DNA from: an uncultured Thermodesulfobacteriota bacterium
GTDB lineage: Bacteria > Desulfobacterota > B13-G15
Length of the DNA: 64,000 nucleotides
Direction: 5' to 3'
Assembly: GCA_964543765.1 (NCBI GenBank)
Contig: CAZIZI010000005.1
Span: 6,121-70,120, forward strand
Below the pieces are notes generated by a model. The model saw only the letters and a program-made list of their open reading frames with translations, did no database searches and was not told the origin of the DNA. The position numbers and the translations under genes are program-made. Positions 55,178 through 64,000 of the stretch are shown piece by piece; the first letter of the stretch is position 1, and every line of letters begins with the position of its first letter.

Positions 55178-55501
55178 TCAACCTTCTTTAGTGAGTTCTT
55201 CTTCGAGCCATTTTATATAGGAGGGGTTTCCCATCAAGATAGGAAGGGCGATGATCTCGGGTACTTCGTAGGAATGTTCTTTAATCAGCAAGGCCTCAAC
55301 TTCTTTATATAACTCGGAGGAGGTCTTCATTAAGCATAGCCATTCTTCTGATTCTTCCTCTTTTCCTTTCCAAAGGTAAACGCTCTTGATGGGACCTACG
55401 ATTTGGATACAAGCGCAAAGCCTTTTTTGAAGGAGGAGTCTAGATATCCTTTCAGCTTCTTCCCTTTTTCCAAAGGTGCAAAGAACCACAAGATGTGTCA
55501 T
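55178..55501 (-). CDS. cutA: divalent-cation tolerance protein CutA
   Basis: 107 aa with CutA1 family motifs (VVLCTFGKREEAERIS...ELLSSAI-like). Confidence 0.75.
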   Translation of the reverse strand: MTHLVVLCTFGKREEAERISRLLLQKRLCACIQIVGPIKSVYLWKGKEEESEEWLCLMKTSSELYKEVEALLIKEHSYEVPEIIALPILMGNPSYIKWLEEELTKEG

Positions 55502-56283
55502 CTTGTTACCTCCTTTATGAAGTTTACAAGAATCTTAAGTTTCTCAATCATCCCCTCTTCAGTTTCGGGCAACTCTTTTGGGGTAATTTCGACAGTGATA
55601 AGTTCACGGTAATTTAAATGTTTTAAAAGATTGAGAAACCTCATCATGGGTAAATTCCCTTTACCTGGAAATAGATGTTGATCGGGAAATTTAAAGTCGC
55701 TCAGGTGGATGTTTTTAACGAGCCCTTCTTCGTAAAGGGAAAGGAAGAAAGGTATAAGATTGCTGTTTCTTGTTGCCATATGGGTTATATCGAGGGTTAA
55801 AGCGAGGCCTTTTTTCTTAGCGAATGCCTTTAAGCTCAAAGGATCGTTCCAGAAATAACCGGAAAATTTACTTTTTGGGTTTTCAACTGGCATTATCTCA
55901 ATAGAAAGATCCACCAAGCCTCCTGTTTCTTCCTTAAAATTTTTCACCCGGAACATCCACAACCAGAACAGGAACTCGAAATTTAACCAATTGGGAGGAT
56001 GAAAAGTTACAACCGAAGCCCCAAGAACCCTTGCCCACGTGATGGCTTTTTTAAAAGAGGAGACTTTTCCCCACCACCCACTAAACCTAAAAAAGGGCAC
56101 ATGAATTCCCTTAACGGGTAGGATTTCCCACGAAAGCCTTAATGCTTCTTCCAAATCATAAGGTTTAGATATGCGGGGACAGATGAGTATTTCCAGACCT
56201 TCAAACCCAGCTTCTTTTGCTATGTGAAAGATTTTGGCCAAGTGGAGTTTAAACAAACTGCCTGTTGAAAGACAAATTTTCAT
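55498..56283 (-). CDS. sugar phosphate isomerase/epimerase (xylose isomerase-like TIM barrel)
   Basis: AP-endonuclease-2/TIM-barrel pattern, 261 aa. Confidence 0.55.
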   Translation of the reverse strand: MKICLSTGSLFKLHLAKIFHIAKEAGFEGLEILICPRISKPYDLEEALRLSWEILPVKGIHVPFFRFSGWWGKVSSFKKAITWARVLGASVVTFHPPNWLNFEFLFWLWMFRVKNFKEETGGLVDLSIEIMPVENPKSKFSGYFWNDPLSLKAFAKKKGLALTLDITHMATRNSNLIPFFLSLYEEGLVKNIHLSDFKFPDQHLFPGKGNLPMMRFLNLLKHLNYRELITVEITPKELPETEEGMIEKLKILVNFIKEVTR

Positions 56284-56354
56284 CCTTGTAATTTCGTCTT
56301 TAATTCTATAAAAATTGATCTAATAAAAAAACACCTAAAAGGAGGATTCTGGGA

Positions 56355-57512
56355 ATGGAATATGCTGACCGCATCAAAGCCATTCCTCCTTATCTTTTTG
56401 CGGAGTTGGACAAAAGAAAGCAACAATTAAAACAAAAGGGCTTAGATCTCATCGACTTAAGTATCGGTGATCCCGATTTGGAAACCCCTCAACCTATTGT
56501 CCAAAAAATGTATGAGGAATTACAAAACCCCATAAATCATCATTACCCCGATTATGAAGGGCTTTTTGAATTCCGCGAAGCCGTGGCATTGTGGTATGAA
56601 AGACGTTTTGGAGTGAGCCTTGATCCTTCGCGGGAAGTCATGGCCCTTATTGGTTCGAAGGAAGGAATTGCTCATTTTCCCCTTGCCTTCGTCAATCCGG
56701 GGGATTATGTGCTCGTTCCCGATCCTGGATACCCCGTTTACCGAGCTTCAACCATCTTGGCGGGGGGCATTCCTTATTTTATGCCTTTAAAGGAAGAAAA
56801 CTTTTTTTTACCCGATCTGAGGGACATTCCAAGTGAAATAGCCAAAAGGGCTAAACTGATGTTCCTCAATTACCCGAATAACCCCACCGGGGCAACGGCT
56901 ACAAGGAAGTTCTTTCGTGAGGTCGTGGCCTTTGCCGAAGATTATGGGCTTATCGTAGCCCATGACTTGGCTTACAGTGAACTTTACTTCGATGAGCCAC
57001 CGACAAGCTTTTTGGCCGTAGAGGGAGCCAAAGAGATCGGAATCGAATTCCATTCGCTTTCCAAGACCTTTCGCATGACGGGATGGAGAATCGGGTTTGC
57101 GGTAGGCAATGCTCATTTGATCCAAGGGCTTGGAAAGGTTAAGACCAATGTGGACTCGGGGGTCTTTTGTGCCATTCAAAGGACCGCCATTTGGGCCCTC
57201 CAGGGCAATGTGGATGAGGAAGTTCAAAAATGGCAGATGATCTTAAAGAGAAGAAGGGATTTGATGGTAAATGGCCTCAAAGAATTGGGATTTAGCCCCT
57301 TTGTCCCTCAAGCCACCTTTTACCTATGGCTTAAGGTTCCCGAAGGTTATACTTCGGTTTCTTTTGCTAATAAACTTTTAGAGGTTGGCATTGTAGTTAC
57401 TCCTGGAAGTGGTTTCGGTCAAAACGGTGAAGGCTATATAAGAATAGCCCTCACGGTTTCAGAAGATCGCTTAAAGGAAGCCTTAAACCGGTTGAAGAAC
57501 TTAAGATCTTGA
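56355..57512 (+). CDS. class I/II PLP-dependent aminotransferase (LL-diaminopimelate aminotransferase-like)
   Basis: N-terminal RIKAIPPYLFAELD typical of DapL; NPTG motif; SKT PLP-lysine region. Confidence 0.65.
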   Translation: MEYADRIKAIPPYLFAELDKRKQQLKQKGLDLIDLSIGDPDLETPQPIVQKMYEELQNPINHHYPDYEGLFEFREAVALWYERRFGVSLDPSREVMALIGSKEGIAHFPLAFVNPGDYVLVPDPGYPVYRASTILAGGIPYFMPLKEENFFLPDLRDIPSEIAKRAKLMFLNYPNNPTGATATRKFFREVVAFAEDYGLIVAHDLAYSELYFDEPPTSFLAVEGAKEIGIEFHSLSKTFRMTGWRIGFAVGNAHLIQGLGKVKTNVDSGVFCAIQRTAIWALQGNVDEEVQKWQMILKRRRDLMVNGLKELGFSPFVPQATFYLWLKVPEGYTSVSFANKLLEVGIVVTPGSGFGQNGEGYIRIALTVSEDRLKEALNRLKNLRS

Positions 57513-57722
57513 CCATTCAAGTTCCATCTCACCCTTAAGCCTTTCGAGAAAATCTAAGAAGTCTTTTTCAAGCTCTTCTGGCACGTAAACTTCTAAAATC
57601 CCCTCTTTGGGGTCAATTGTTCGAGAAATGCCTAACCCCTCGTAAGATTCGAGCAGGAAGTTGAAGAAAGCTATTTTCTTTTTGGGTACCTTTACCATGA
57701 AGGTTTTAGTGTTACGGAACAT
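57501..57722 (-). CDS. DUF4911-like small protein
   Basis: 73 aa; FNFLLESYEGLGISRTIDPKEG resembles the DUF4911 pattern as I recall it. Confidence 0.45.
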   Translation of the reverse strand: MFRNTKTFMVKVPKKKIAFFNFLLESYEGLGISRTIDPKEGILEVYVPEELEKDFLDFLERLKGEMELEWSRS

Positions 57723-57758
57723 GAAAAAATGATATAAAACTCCTGAAAACTACAAAAG

Positions 57759-58283
57759 ATGAGAAAGGGGAAGGTCGTCCTTATTACTGGAGGGGTAAGA
57801 AGTGGGAAAAACCGCTTTGCCCAACAATTGGCCCTCAAATGGCCTCCTCCGGTTATTTACGTGGCTACGGCTTCAGCTGAAGATGAGGAGATGGAAATAA
57901 GGATAAAAAAACATCAACAATCAAGGCCAAAGGACTGGAGAACCGTAGAGGAGAAAAGTGACCTTATAGGGGTTCTCGGTTCCCTTAAAGAGGTCTCAAC
58001 GGTGATTGTAGACTGTCTGACCTTATGGATTTCGAATTTGATCTTTCTGGGCTTAAACGATGAAGAGATACTCGCAAGAGCTCAGGAGCTTAAAGAGTCT
58101 CTTTCCGTTTCGGATCATCGGGTGATTCTCATCACCAATGAGGTAGGGTGGGGGATAGTTCCGGCTTCAAAGCTCGGTAGACGCTTTCGCGATCTTCAGG
58201 GGATGGTGAACCAGATAATGGCCGAGGGTGCCGATGAGGTCTATCTTATGGTCTCTGGCCTCCCTTTAAGGATAAAACCATGA
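57759..58283 (+). CDS. cobU: adenosylcobinamide kinase / adenosylcobinamide-phosphate guanylyltransferase
   Basis: VLITGGVRSGKNRFAQ P-loop; 174 aa. Confidence 0.85.
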   Translation: MRKGKVVLITGGVRSGKNRFAQQLALKWPPPVIYVATASAEDEEMEIRIKKHQQSRPKDWRTVEEKSDLIGVLGSLKEVSTVIVDCLTLWISNLIFLGLNDEEILARAQELKESLSVSDHRVILITNEVGWGIVPASKLGRRFRDLQGMVNQIMAEGADEVYLMVSGLPLRIKP

Positions 58284-58984
58284 AAGCCCTCTTTACAGCT
58301 TTAAGCTTCCTCACGATCTTTCCATTTCCGCCCTTAGGGGATTTTAAAAAGGCTCCCGGCTTCTTCCCTTTGGTGGGCCTTTTTTTAGGAGCTGTATTGT
58401 GGGGTATTTCGATCCTCGTAGGGAAATTGCCCTCTTATCTTGTGGCTTTTCTCATAGTTCTCTCCTTGATCATTTTGACAAGGGGGCTTCATCTTGATGG
58501 CCTTTCCGATGCGTGTGACGCCTTAATGGGAGGGTTTACCCGAGAGGAGGTTTTAAGGATAATGCGGGATCCGCATACCGGTGCCTTTGGGGTAATGTCC
58601 ATTCAGACCGTAATAGCGGGAAAGGTCCTTTTTTTAATACCCCTTCTTCCTCAGAAAGGGGTTCTTTTTTTGTTTCCCATGTGGGGAAGAACGGGGGTGC
58701 TTTTACCCATGCTTTTTCTTCCTTATTTGAGAGAACAAGGAAAGGTAAGCCCCTTTTATCCTCCAAAAAGGGGGATGACGGTTTTTGGGTTAGTTTTAAG
58801 CGGTTCGGTGAGTTTTTTCCTTTTAGGAATTCGGGGGCTCCTTGGGTTCGGAATTTCTCTCCTATATGGCTTTATGGTTTCCTTTTATTACCGAAGAAGA
58901 CTCGGAGGTTATACGGGGGATCTTCTGGGGGCTTTAATCGAAACCACGGAGTTGGTGGGGCTTTTATGTCTGAACTTTTTTTGA
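58280..58984 (+). CDS. cobS: adenosylcobinamide-GDP ribazoletransferase (cobalamin synthase)
   Basis: Polytopic membrane protein with LSFLTIFPFP N-terminus. ATGA overlap with cobU. Confidence 0.85.
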   Translation: MKALFTALSFLTIFPFPPLGDFKKAPGFFPLVGLFLGAVLWGISILVGKLPSYLVAFLIVLSLIILTRGLHLDGLSDACDALMGGFTREEVLRIMRDPHTGAFGVMSIQTVIAGKVLFLIPLLPQKGVLFLFPMWGRTGVLLPMLFLPYLREQGKVSPFYPPKRGMTVFGLVLSGSVSFFLLGIRGLLGFGISLLYGFMVSFYYRRRLGGYTGDLLGALIETTELVGLLCLNFF

Positions 58985-60018
58985 AAGGCCATGGTGGGAA
59001 AGTCTTTTTGGCCTCGGAATTAACGGGACGGCCTCCTTGGGATCTTCTCGATTTTTCTTCCAATATAAATTGCTTCTTTGACCTCAAAAGGGTAAAGGAG
59101 ATCCTTATGGAAAATATCGACCTTCTCGCCTTTTACCCGGATCTTAACAGGGCTAAGCGAAGTCTCTCCAATTTTTTAAACCTTCCCAAAGAGAACCTAT
59201 TTTTGGGAAACGGCTCAGCGGAGCTGATTTTCCTGACCTTGCGGGTCTTAAAGCCTAAAAAGGTTCTTCTTCCAGTTCCTACATTTTCGGAATACGAAAG
59301 GGCAGCGATCGGTGTAGGGGCTCAAATTAAGTTCTTGGTTCTTGAAGAACAAAATGGTTTCCATATCCCAGAAGAGAGACTTATTAACTCCTTTAAGGAG
59401 GCGGATCTCTTAATTCTTTGTAATCCCAATAACCCCACTGGAAATCTTCTTAATGAGGAAATCCTCAAAGAATGTGCTCGTATTTCAAAAGGATGGCTTT
59501 TAATCGATGAAGCCTTTTTGGAGTTCGTACCGTTCGAAAAAAAACCAGACCTAACGGAAGAGATTTTCAAAAATAAGGTGATTCTCCTTCGTTCCCTTAC
59601 CAAAGTCTTTTCAATACCGGGAATAAGGGTAGGGTATTTGATCGGACCAAGCTTTTTTATAGAAAAGCTCAAAGAATTAGCCCCTCCTTGGGGCATAAAT
59701 GTGATGGCTCAGATAGTGTTTGAGCATCTTGAAACCTTATATTCCCTTTTTCTTAAGGGTTTTGAAGAGTTTTTAAAAGAAAAGGAAATTTTTCAAAAAG
59801 AGCTTTCTCAATTTTTTAAAGTTTTTCCCTCTCAAGCCAATTTCTTCATGTTTAAAGCTCCTAAAGAAGACCTTTTTCAAAGACTCCTTGAGAAAGGTTT
59901 TATAATAAGGGATCTTCAGGAACTTAGAGGGCTTGGGCCCGGCTTTTATAGGGTTTGTGTGAGGCGATCGGAAGAAAATAAGAAACTTATTCAAACCTTA
60001 AAGGAGGTTTTGGGATGA
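58966..60018 (+). CDS. cobD: threonine-phosphate decarboxylase (class I/II aminotransferase fold)
   Basis: HGG...LLDFSSNIN N-terminus as in Salmonella CobD; NPNNPTG; SLTKVFSIPGIRVGY. Start trimmed to ATG 58966. Confidence 0.75.
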   Translation: MSELFLKGHGGKVFLASELTGRPPWDLLDFSSNINCFFDLKRVKEILMENIDLLAFYPDLNRAKRSLSNFLNLPKENLFLGNGSAELIFLTLRVLKPKKVLLPVPTFSEYERAAIGVGAQIKFLVLEEQNGFHIPEERLINSFKEADLLILCNPNNPTGNLLNEEILKECARISKGWLLIDEAFLEFVPFEKKPDLTEEIFKNKVILLRSLTKVFSIPGIRVGYLIGPSFFIEKLKELAPPWGINVMAQIVFEHLETLYSLFLKGFEEFLKEKEIFQKELSQFFKVFPSQANFFMFKAPKEDLFQRLLEKGFIIRDLQELRGLGPGFYRVCVRRSEENKKLIQTLKEVLG

Positions 60019-61082
60019 ACCTTAGGGAGATACTCTCGGGAATTTCGCCTTTTGACCAAGAGGCCCACGAAAAAGCAAAAAGACGAACCGAAGACCTCCT
60101 GATGCCTTATCTTGCCTTGGGAAGGCTTCATGAGATCTCCTGGCAAGTTGCGGGGATAACGGGGAGATTTCCCGAAGGTCTTCCTCACAAGGCCATTATG
60201 GTCGGTGCGGGTGATCATGGGGTAGTGGAAGAAGGGGTAAGTCTCTTTCCGCAGGAGGTGACAAGGCAGATGATCTTTTCCTTTCTCAAAGGATGGGCAG
60301 CTATTAACGTATTGGCCGATCACGTGGGAGCGAGAGTCATAGTGGTTGACTTCGGTATAAAAGGACCGCTTGATCCCGTATGGCTTGAGGCGAAAGACCG
60401 CTTTTACCCCATGAAAGTAAGAGAAGGGACAAACAACATCACCAAAGGCCCTGCAATGAGTCCAGATGAGGCCGAGAAGACCATCCTAAGGGGTTTTGAG
60501 GTCTTCCAAAAAGAGTTCGAAAAAGGACTTGATATGATTGGTACAGGTGATATGGGGATAGGTAATACCACTGCAAGTGCCTGTGTCATATGTGCCATAA
60601 CCGGGTTTGATCCAGAGGAGATCGTGGGAAGAGGGACCGGCTTAAGTGATGAGGCCTTAAAAAGAAAAATTCAAGTGGTTCAAAGGGCCCTTGAAATAAA
60701 CAAACCCGATCCCGAGGACCCGATCGATGTGCTCCATAAGGTCGGAGGACTCGAGATAGGGGGCCTTACGGGTTGGATTCTCGGCGGGGCCAGGGCAAGG
60801 ATTCCGGTCGTAATTGACGGTTTCATATCCACGGCTTCGGCACTTTTGGCAGCAAAAATGGAACCTAAGGTAAAAGATTACCTTATAGCTGGACACCTTT
60901 CGGCCGAAAGGGGGCATAAAAAAGCCCTTGAATACCTCGGTTTAAAACCACTTCTGGACCTTCAAATGAGACTCGGAGAAGGCACTGGAGCCTGTTTGGC
61001 TTTTGAAATTGTTGAGGCGGCGGTCAAGATACTTTCAAAGATGCCAAGCTTTGAGGAGGCAGGGGTAAGTAGGGCAAAATAG
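60015..61082 (+). CDS. cobT: nicotinate-nucleotide--dimethylbenzimidazole phosphoribosyltransferase
   Basis: GTGDMGIGNTTASA signature. ATGA overlap with cobD. Confidence 0.85.
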   Translation: MNLREILSGISPFDQEAHEKAKRRTEDLLMPYLALGRLHEISWQVAGITGRFPEGLPHKAIMVGAGDHGVVEEGVSLFPQEVTRQMIFSFLKGWAAINVLADHVGARVIVVDFGIKGPLDPVWLEAKDRFYPMKVREGTNNITKGPAMSPDEAEKTILRGFEVFQKEFEKGLDMIGTGDMGIGNTTASACVICAITGFDPEEIVGRGTGLSDEALKRKIQVVQRALEINKPDPEDPIDVLHKVGGLEIGGLTGWILGGARARIPVVIDGFISTASALLAAKMEPKVKDYLIAGHLSAERGHKKALEYLGLKPLLDLQMRLGEGTGACLAFEIVEAAVKILSKMPSFEEAGVSRAK

Positions 61083-62009
61083 AAGCAGGAATAAGATTCC
61101 TATTGCTAAAAACAAAAGGCTTGTCCCATAACATAGCCTTACGGCTTTAGGGATATCCTCAAGGGTGGGGCTTCTGCCTTCTCCGATAAGGGGGAGATTT
61201 TGAAGTTGACCCATATACCTGGTTGGACCTCCTAATTTTAGGTTCAAGGCTCCAGCAAAAGCCGATTCGGGATAACCCGAGTTAGGGCTTTTTGTTTTAC
61301 CATGGTCCCTTATCATGGTAAAAAGGGCATTTTTTGCGTCCATCTTCAACAAAAGGGCTGCCAGAGGGGCTAAAAGGCCGGTGATTCTCGCCGGGATGAA
61401 GTTAAAGAGGTCATCCATTAAGGCAGAAAAACGACCAAAAAGTATATATTGACTCGATTTGTAACCTACCATGGAATCAAGGGTGTTTACAGCTTTGAAG
61501 GCCATCGCTAAAGGAGTTCCTCCCAAAAAGGTATAAAACAAAGGAGAGATAACCCCATCGGTTGTATTCTCCGCCACCGATTCTATAACCCCTCGGGCTA
61601 TATCTTCCTCAGAAAGATCTTGGGTATCCCTGGAAACCATAAAGGAAAGTCTTTTTCTTGATCCTTCAAGATCCCCACTTTTTAGAGCCAAAAACACCCT
61701 TAGAGCATGATCTTTCAAGTCCTTAAGTGAAATGGTGGTCCACAAAAGAAAAACCTCAACCACTCTCCCAACCCAAACCGAAAGACCATAAGCCAACTCC
61801 AGAACCAAAATGCTTATTCCAAAACTCAACCCCACCACTATAAACCATAAAACCACCCCTCCCCAAAAAGGAGGAAATATATTTCTCAAAATTCCTTCCA
61901 AACTCCTTATCAACCACCCCATCCCCTTTACCGGATGAGGAACCCCCCTGGGATCTCCTAAAACCAGATCCAATCCTACTGCAAAAAGGACCAACAAGGC
62001 TCCTTCCAT
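61035..62009 (-). CDS. cbiB: adenosylcobinamide-phosphate synthase (CbiB/CobD)
   Basis: Membrane protein with LDLVLGDPRGVPHPVKGMGWLI. Start placed at internal Met (MEGALLVL); the track ORF extends 33 codons further upstream. Confidence 0.75.
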   Translation of the reverse strand: MEGALLVLFAVGLDLVLGDPRGVPHPVKGMGWLIRSLEGILRNIFPPFWGGVVLWFIVVGLSFGISILVLELAYGLSVWVGRVVEVFLLWTTISLKDLKDHALRVFLALKSGDLEGSRKRLSFMVSRDTQDLSEEDIARGVIESVAENTTDGVISPLFYTFLGGTPLAMAFKAVNTLDSMVGYKSSQYILFGRFSALMDDLFNFIPARITGLLAPLAALLLKMDAKNALFTMIRDHGKTKSPNSGYPESAFAGALNLKLGGPTRYMGQLQNLPLIGEGRSPTLEDIPKAVRLCYGTSLLFLAIGILFLLLFCPTYPCLLKAWHL

Positions 62010-62059
62010 TTTTATTACCCTAAGTTTGACAAACGTGATTTTTTTGATAAATTCTAAAC

Positions 62060-62641
62060 ATGATGCGCCTTGGGATAAAATTAAATAATATCCTTTTATC
62101 CTCAGCATTAAAAGAGTTTATCAAGTCCTTTCTACCCTCCGAGGTTTCAATCGTTGAATTTTCTCAAGAAACTCCTTTGGAGGAGGTTGATCTTTTAATT
62201 TTGGATTACAAAACTCTTTTATCAATTGCTCGGTTTCCCGAGACGAAGGTTTTGCTTTTGGACACGGGTTTAAGCACTTCGGAAAAAAGGACGGCTTTTT
62301 TGCTCTATAATGTCAATGGGATCCTTCAATTGGATGCTTCTCCTGAGTTGTTATTAAAAGCCATTGAGAAACTCACAAGCGGTGAGCTATGGATGGATCA
62401 AGGAACCCTTAGGGAGATCGTGAATTACTCAAAGAACGGACGTGCGGTTTCTGTTTCCTTAACTCCTAGGGAAAAGGAGGTTTTAAGCTTGATATGTAAG
62501 GGGTATTCCAATAAAGAAATAGCCAAGAAGCTTTCCATAAGCCTTTCTACTGTTAAGAACATCCTTCGGAGTCTTTATCGCAAGTTGAACGTCTCAACTC
62601 GTTCAAGCTTACAGGCCCTTTTTATAGAAGGGGAGCCTTAA
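62060..62641 (+). CDS. LuxR/FixJ-family regulator with a degenerate receiver-like N-terminal domain (CsgD-like)
   Basis: C-terminal LTPREKEVLSLICKGYSNKEIAKKLSISLSTVKNIL HTH. The N-terminal domain lacks the canonical acidic pocket. Confidence 0.65.
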   Translation: MMRLGIKLNNILLSSALKEFIKSFLPSEVSIVEFSQETPLEEVDLLILDYKTLLSIARFPETKVLLLDTGLSTSEKRTAFLLYNVNGILQLDASPELLLKAIEKLTSGELWMDQGTLREIVNYSKNGRAVSVSLTPREKEVLSLICKGYSNKEIAKKLSISLSTVKNILRSLYRKLNVSTRSSLQALFIEGEP

Positions 62642-63555
62642 GACTCCTCTTTAAACTCATCCTTTCGTTCCCTAAGTTTCTTTAAGGCTTCTTCCTTTTC
62701 CCTTTCGTACTTTTCTATTATCCCTTTGAAAGCCTCAGGATCAGCGGGTTTCCACATCCCGATTTTAACCCCTTCGATTATTAGATCGTACACGGCCTTT
62801 TCTATCGCTTCCTGAAGGGCCATCTCCACGGGTTCATTTGCCGCAAACCCCGCTTCTGCTTCGAGCAGATGATTTAACCTTACGAACCGGAAGAACCCAG
62901 CCGAAAGCTGTTGAGATAAAACGACCTTGGTGGCCTGCACAGTTTTTAAAACGGCCCCGTTTTTAACCGAGACGGCTCTTACGTAAACGGTGATCCTATC
63001 GACCCGGTATTGAGCAGAACCGCCAGCTACAAAGTACCTGGCCCCTATACCTCCTGATACTATGTTTGTGTCATATCCTATAACACCACCTTCTAATAAG
63101 ACCCCAGCGTAAATCAGGGGCTGAAGGATCTGGCTTATGGCGCTTTTCAAATTTTCATCGGCATACTGACTCCCCATTTGTTGGATGATTTTCCGTTCCT
63201 GAAGCAGATTGCTTAAGCTCTCCCTTTCCACCGGGATGAACCAACCGCTGTCCTCAAGGGCTTTAATAAGGATAGAAGTAGCCCCTTGAGTCACCGCTGT
63301 GGAGAAGTTGGTGGAGGTGGTGGGGGGTTTGTACTGGCCCGTTTGATCCCGGAACTTATAAACCGCTACTGGTACCCTCTTTTCGGGTCTTGGCAATGAG
63401 ACAAGATCCTTATGGATGCTCGTTATGTATTCGGGGCCGCTTATGGCCTTCTCATAAAAGGGGTAGTGTAAAGGACCAGCGCATCCTAAAATAAGAAGTA
63501 TCCCTCCTAAAAAGACGTATTTTTCTTTAATTCCCTTCATGGTCTCCCCTCTCAA
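62638..63555 (-). CDS. csgG: curli production assembly/transport lipoprotein CsgG family
   Basis: Lipobox LILGCAG, PVAVYKFRDQTGQ and GGVIGYDTNIVSGGIGARYF match CsgG signature regions. Confidence 0.75.
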   Translation of the reverse strand: MRGETMKGIKEKYVFLGGILLILGCAGPLHYPFYEKAISGPEYITSIHKDLVSLPRPEKRVPVAVYKFRDQTGQYKPPTTSTNFSTAVTQGATSILIKALEDSGWFIPVERESLSNLLQERKIIQQMGSQYADENLKSAISQILQPLIYAGVLLEGGVIGYDTNIVSGGIGARYFVAGGSAQYRVDRITVYVRAVSVKNGAVLKTVQATKVVLSQQLSAGFFRFVRLNHLLEAEAGFAANEPVEMALQEAIEKAVYDLIIEGVKIGMWKPADPEAFKGIIEKYEREKEEALKKLRERKDEFKEES

Positions 63556-63983
63556 AGGTATTTTGGCATTTCAAGGCGTGTGCTTTCGCCTGTGGAAAGA
63601 TCATATATCTCAAAAATGTAATTATCCCCTGTTGGATCAAAAGTTATCCGAAAGTTCCCAATGGTATAAGTGGCTGGTTCCTCTGGCAATTGATTATTCT
63701 CCCCGAAGATTTGATCGAGCATGATGTCGGCCATTCGGTATATGAGTTGGTTGGTGAAACTTTCGGAGAATCTCTCAAGTAATGATTTGGGTTTGTAAAA
63801 TGAGGTCGATTTTTCTTTGAAGGTATTTTGTAGCTGGGCTTCTTGTAAAAGAAAACTTCCATAAAGGGGATCACCGCCAAAAGAAGGATTAAGGAACTTA
63901 AAGGTAAGTTCCGATGAAAAGCTCCGAAAACTCAAAATAAGGGAGACCAAAAACAAAAAAACAATCAATTTTACATATTTCAT
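63552..63983 (-). CDS. csgF: curli assembly protein CsgF family
   Basis: LTFKFLNPSFGGDPLYGSFLLQEAQLQN closely parallels E. coli CsgF [27 protein letters not shown]. Signal peptide present. Confidence 0.7.
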   Translation of the reverse strand: MKYVKLIVFLFLVSLILSFRSFSSELTFKFLNPSFGGDPLYGSFLLQEAQLQNTFKEKSTSFYKPKSLLERFSESFTNQLIYRMADIMLDQIFGENNQLPEEPATYTIGNFRITFDPTGDNYIFEIYDLSTGESTRLEMPKYL

Positions 63984-64000
63984 TTTAACTTCCTCCTTTC

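Noticed and set aside
57723-57758. Looked for a cobalamin riboswitch upstream of cobU, and also upstream of 56355
   Set aside because: The intergenic regions are 36 and 71 nt, far shorter than the roughly 200-nt aptamer, and no B12-box-like sequence was seen.
58681-58965. N-terminal 95-codon extension of the cobD ORF in the six-frame track
   Set aside because: It overlaps cobS in another frame. CobD homologs begin near the M-x(6)-HGG motif, so ATG 58966 was chosen.
62010-62108. 33-codon N-terminal extension of cbiB
   Set aside because: The CbiB family begins with a hydrophobic LLLALLLDLLLGDP-type segment, matching internal Met at 62009. The extension would run into the csgD-like promoter region.
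1-64000. Scanned for CRISPR arrays, tRNA/rRNA genes, IS elements, integrases and large tandem repeats
   Set aside because: No regularly spaced direct repeats, no cloverleaf-like GC-rich 75-90 nt islands in the few intergenic gaps (the largest is 242 nt and AT-rich), and no transposase or integrase ORFs were found.

Overview
This window is a densely coding stretch (about 64 CDS, about 45% GC) from what looks like a thermophilic diderm bacterium. Arg/Lys/Glu-rich proteins and AGG/AAG/GAG-rich codon usage suggest a Thermodesulfobacteriota-like organism, but that is inference only. I found no rRNA, tRNA, CRISPR array or IS element. Housekeeping content includes an 11-kb outer-membrane/lipid A biogenesis block on the minus strand (bamA-skp-lpxD-fabZ::lpxA-oxidoreductase-lpxB-msbA-waaA-lpxK, then lolCD, lysS), mutS2-dnaG-rpoD, lon, purE, rnc and a cobalamin nucleotide-loop cluster (cobU-cobS-cobD-cobT and cbiB). 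The most unusual part is a co-directional cluster at 12.8-20.2 kb. It encodes a PglB-type oligosaccharyltransferase (WWDYG motif), a secreted membrane-anchored SNase-like nuclease, two type IV pilins rich in N-x-S/T sequons, and an uncharacterised MoxR-like AAA+ ATPase / GXGXG beta-helix protein / VWA(MIDAS) protein triad. Other notable modules are a translationally coupled DUF763-rarA-endoQ-rsmF operon of archaeal flavour, an IclR-controlled pair of radical SAM enzymes (SPASM-type plus B12-binding), a CooT/DUF3842 pair, a FabZ-LpxA fusion with a GnnA-like oxidoreductase in the lipid A cluster, and the start of a curli-like CsgD/CsgG/CsgF secretion locus at the window edge. All product calls rest on motif recognition by eye, and no database search was possible.
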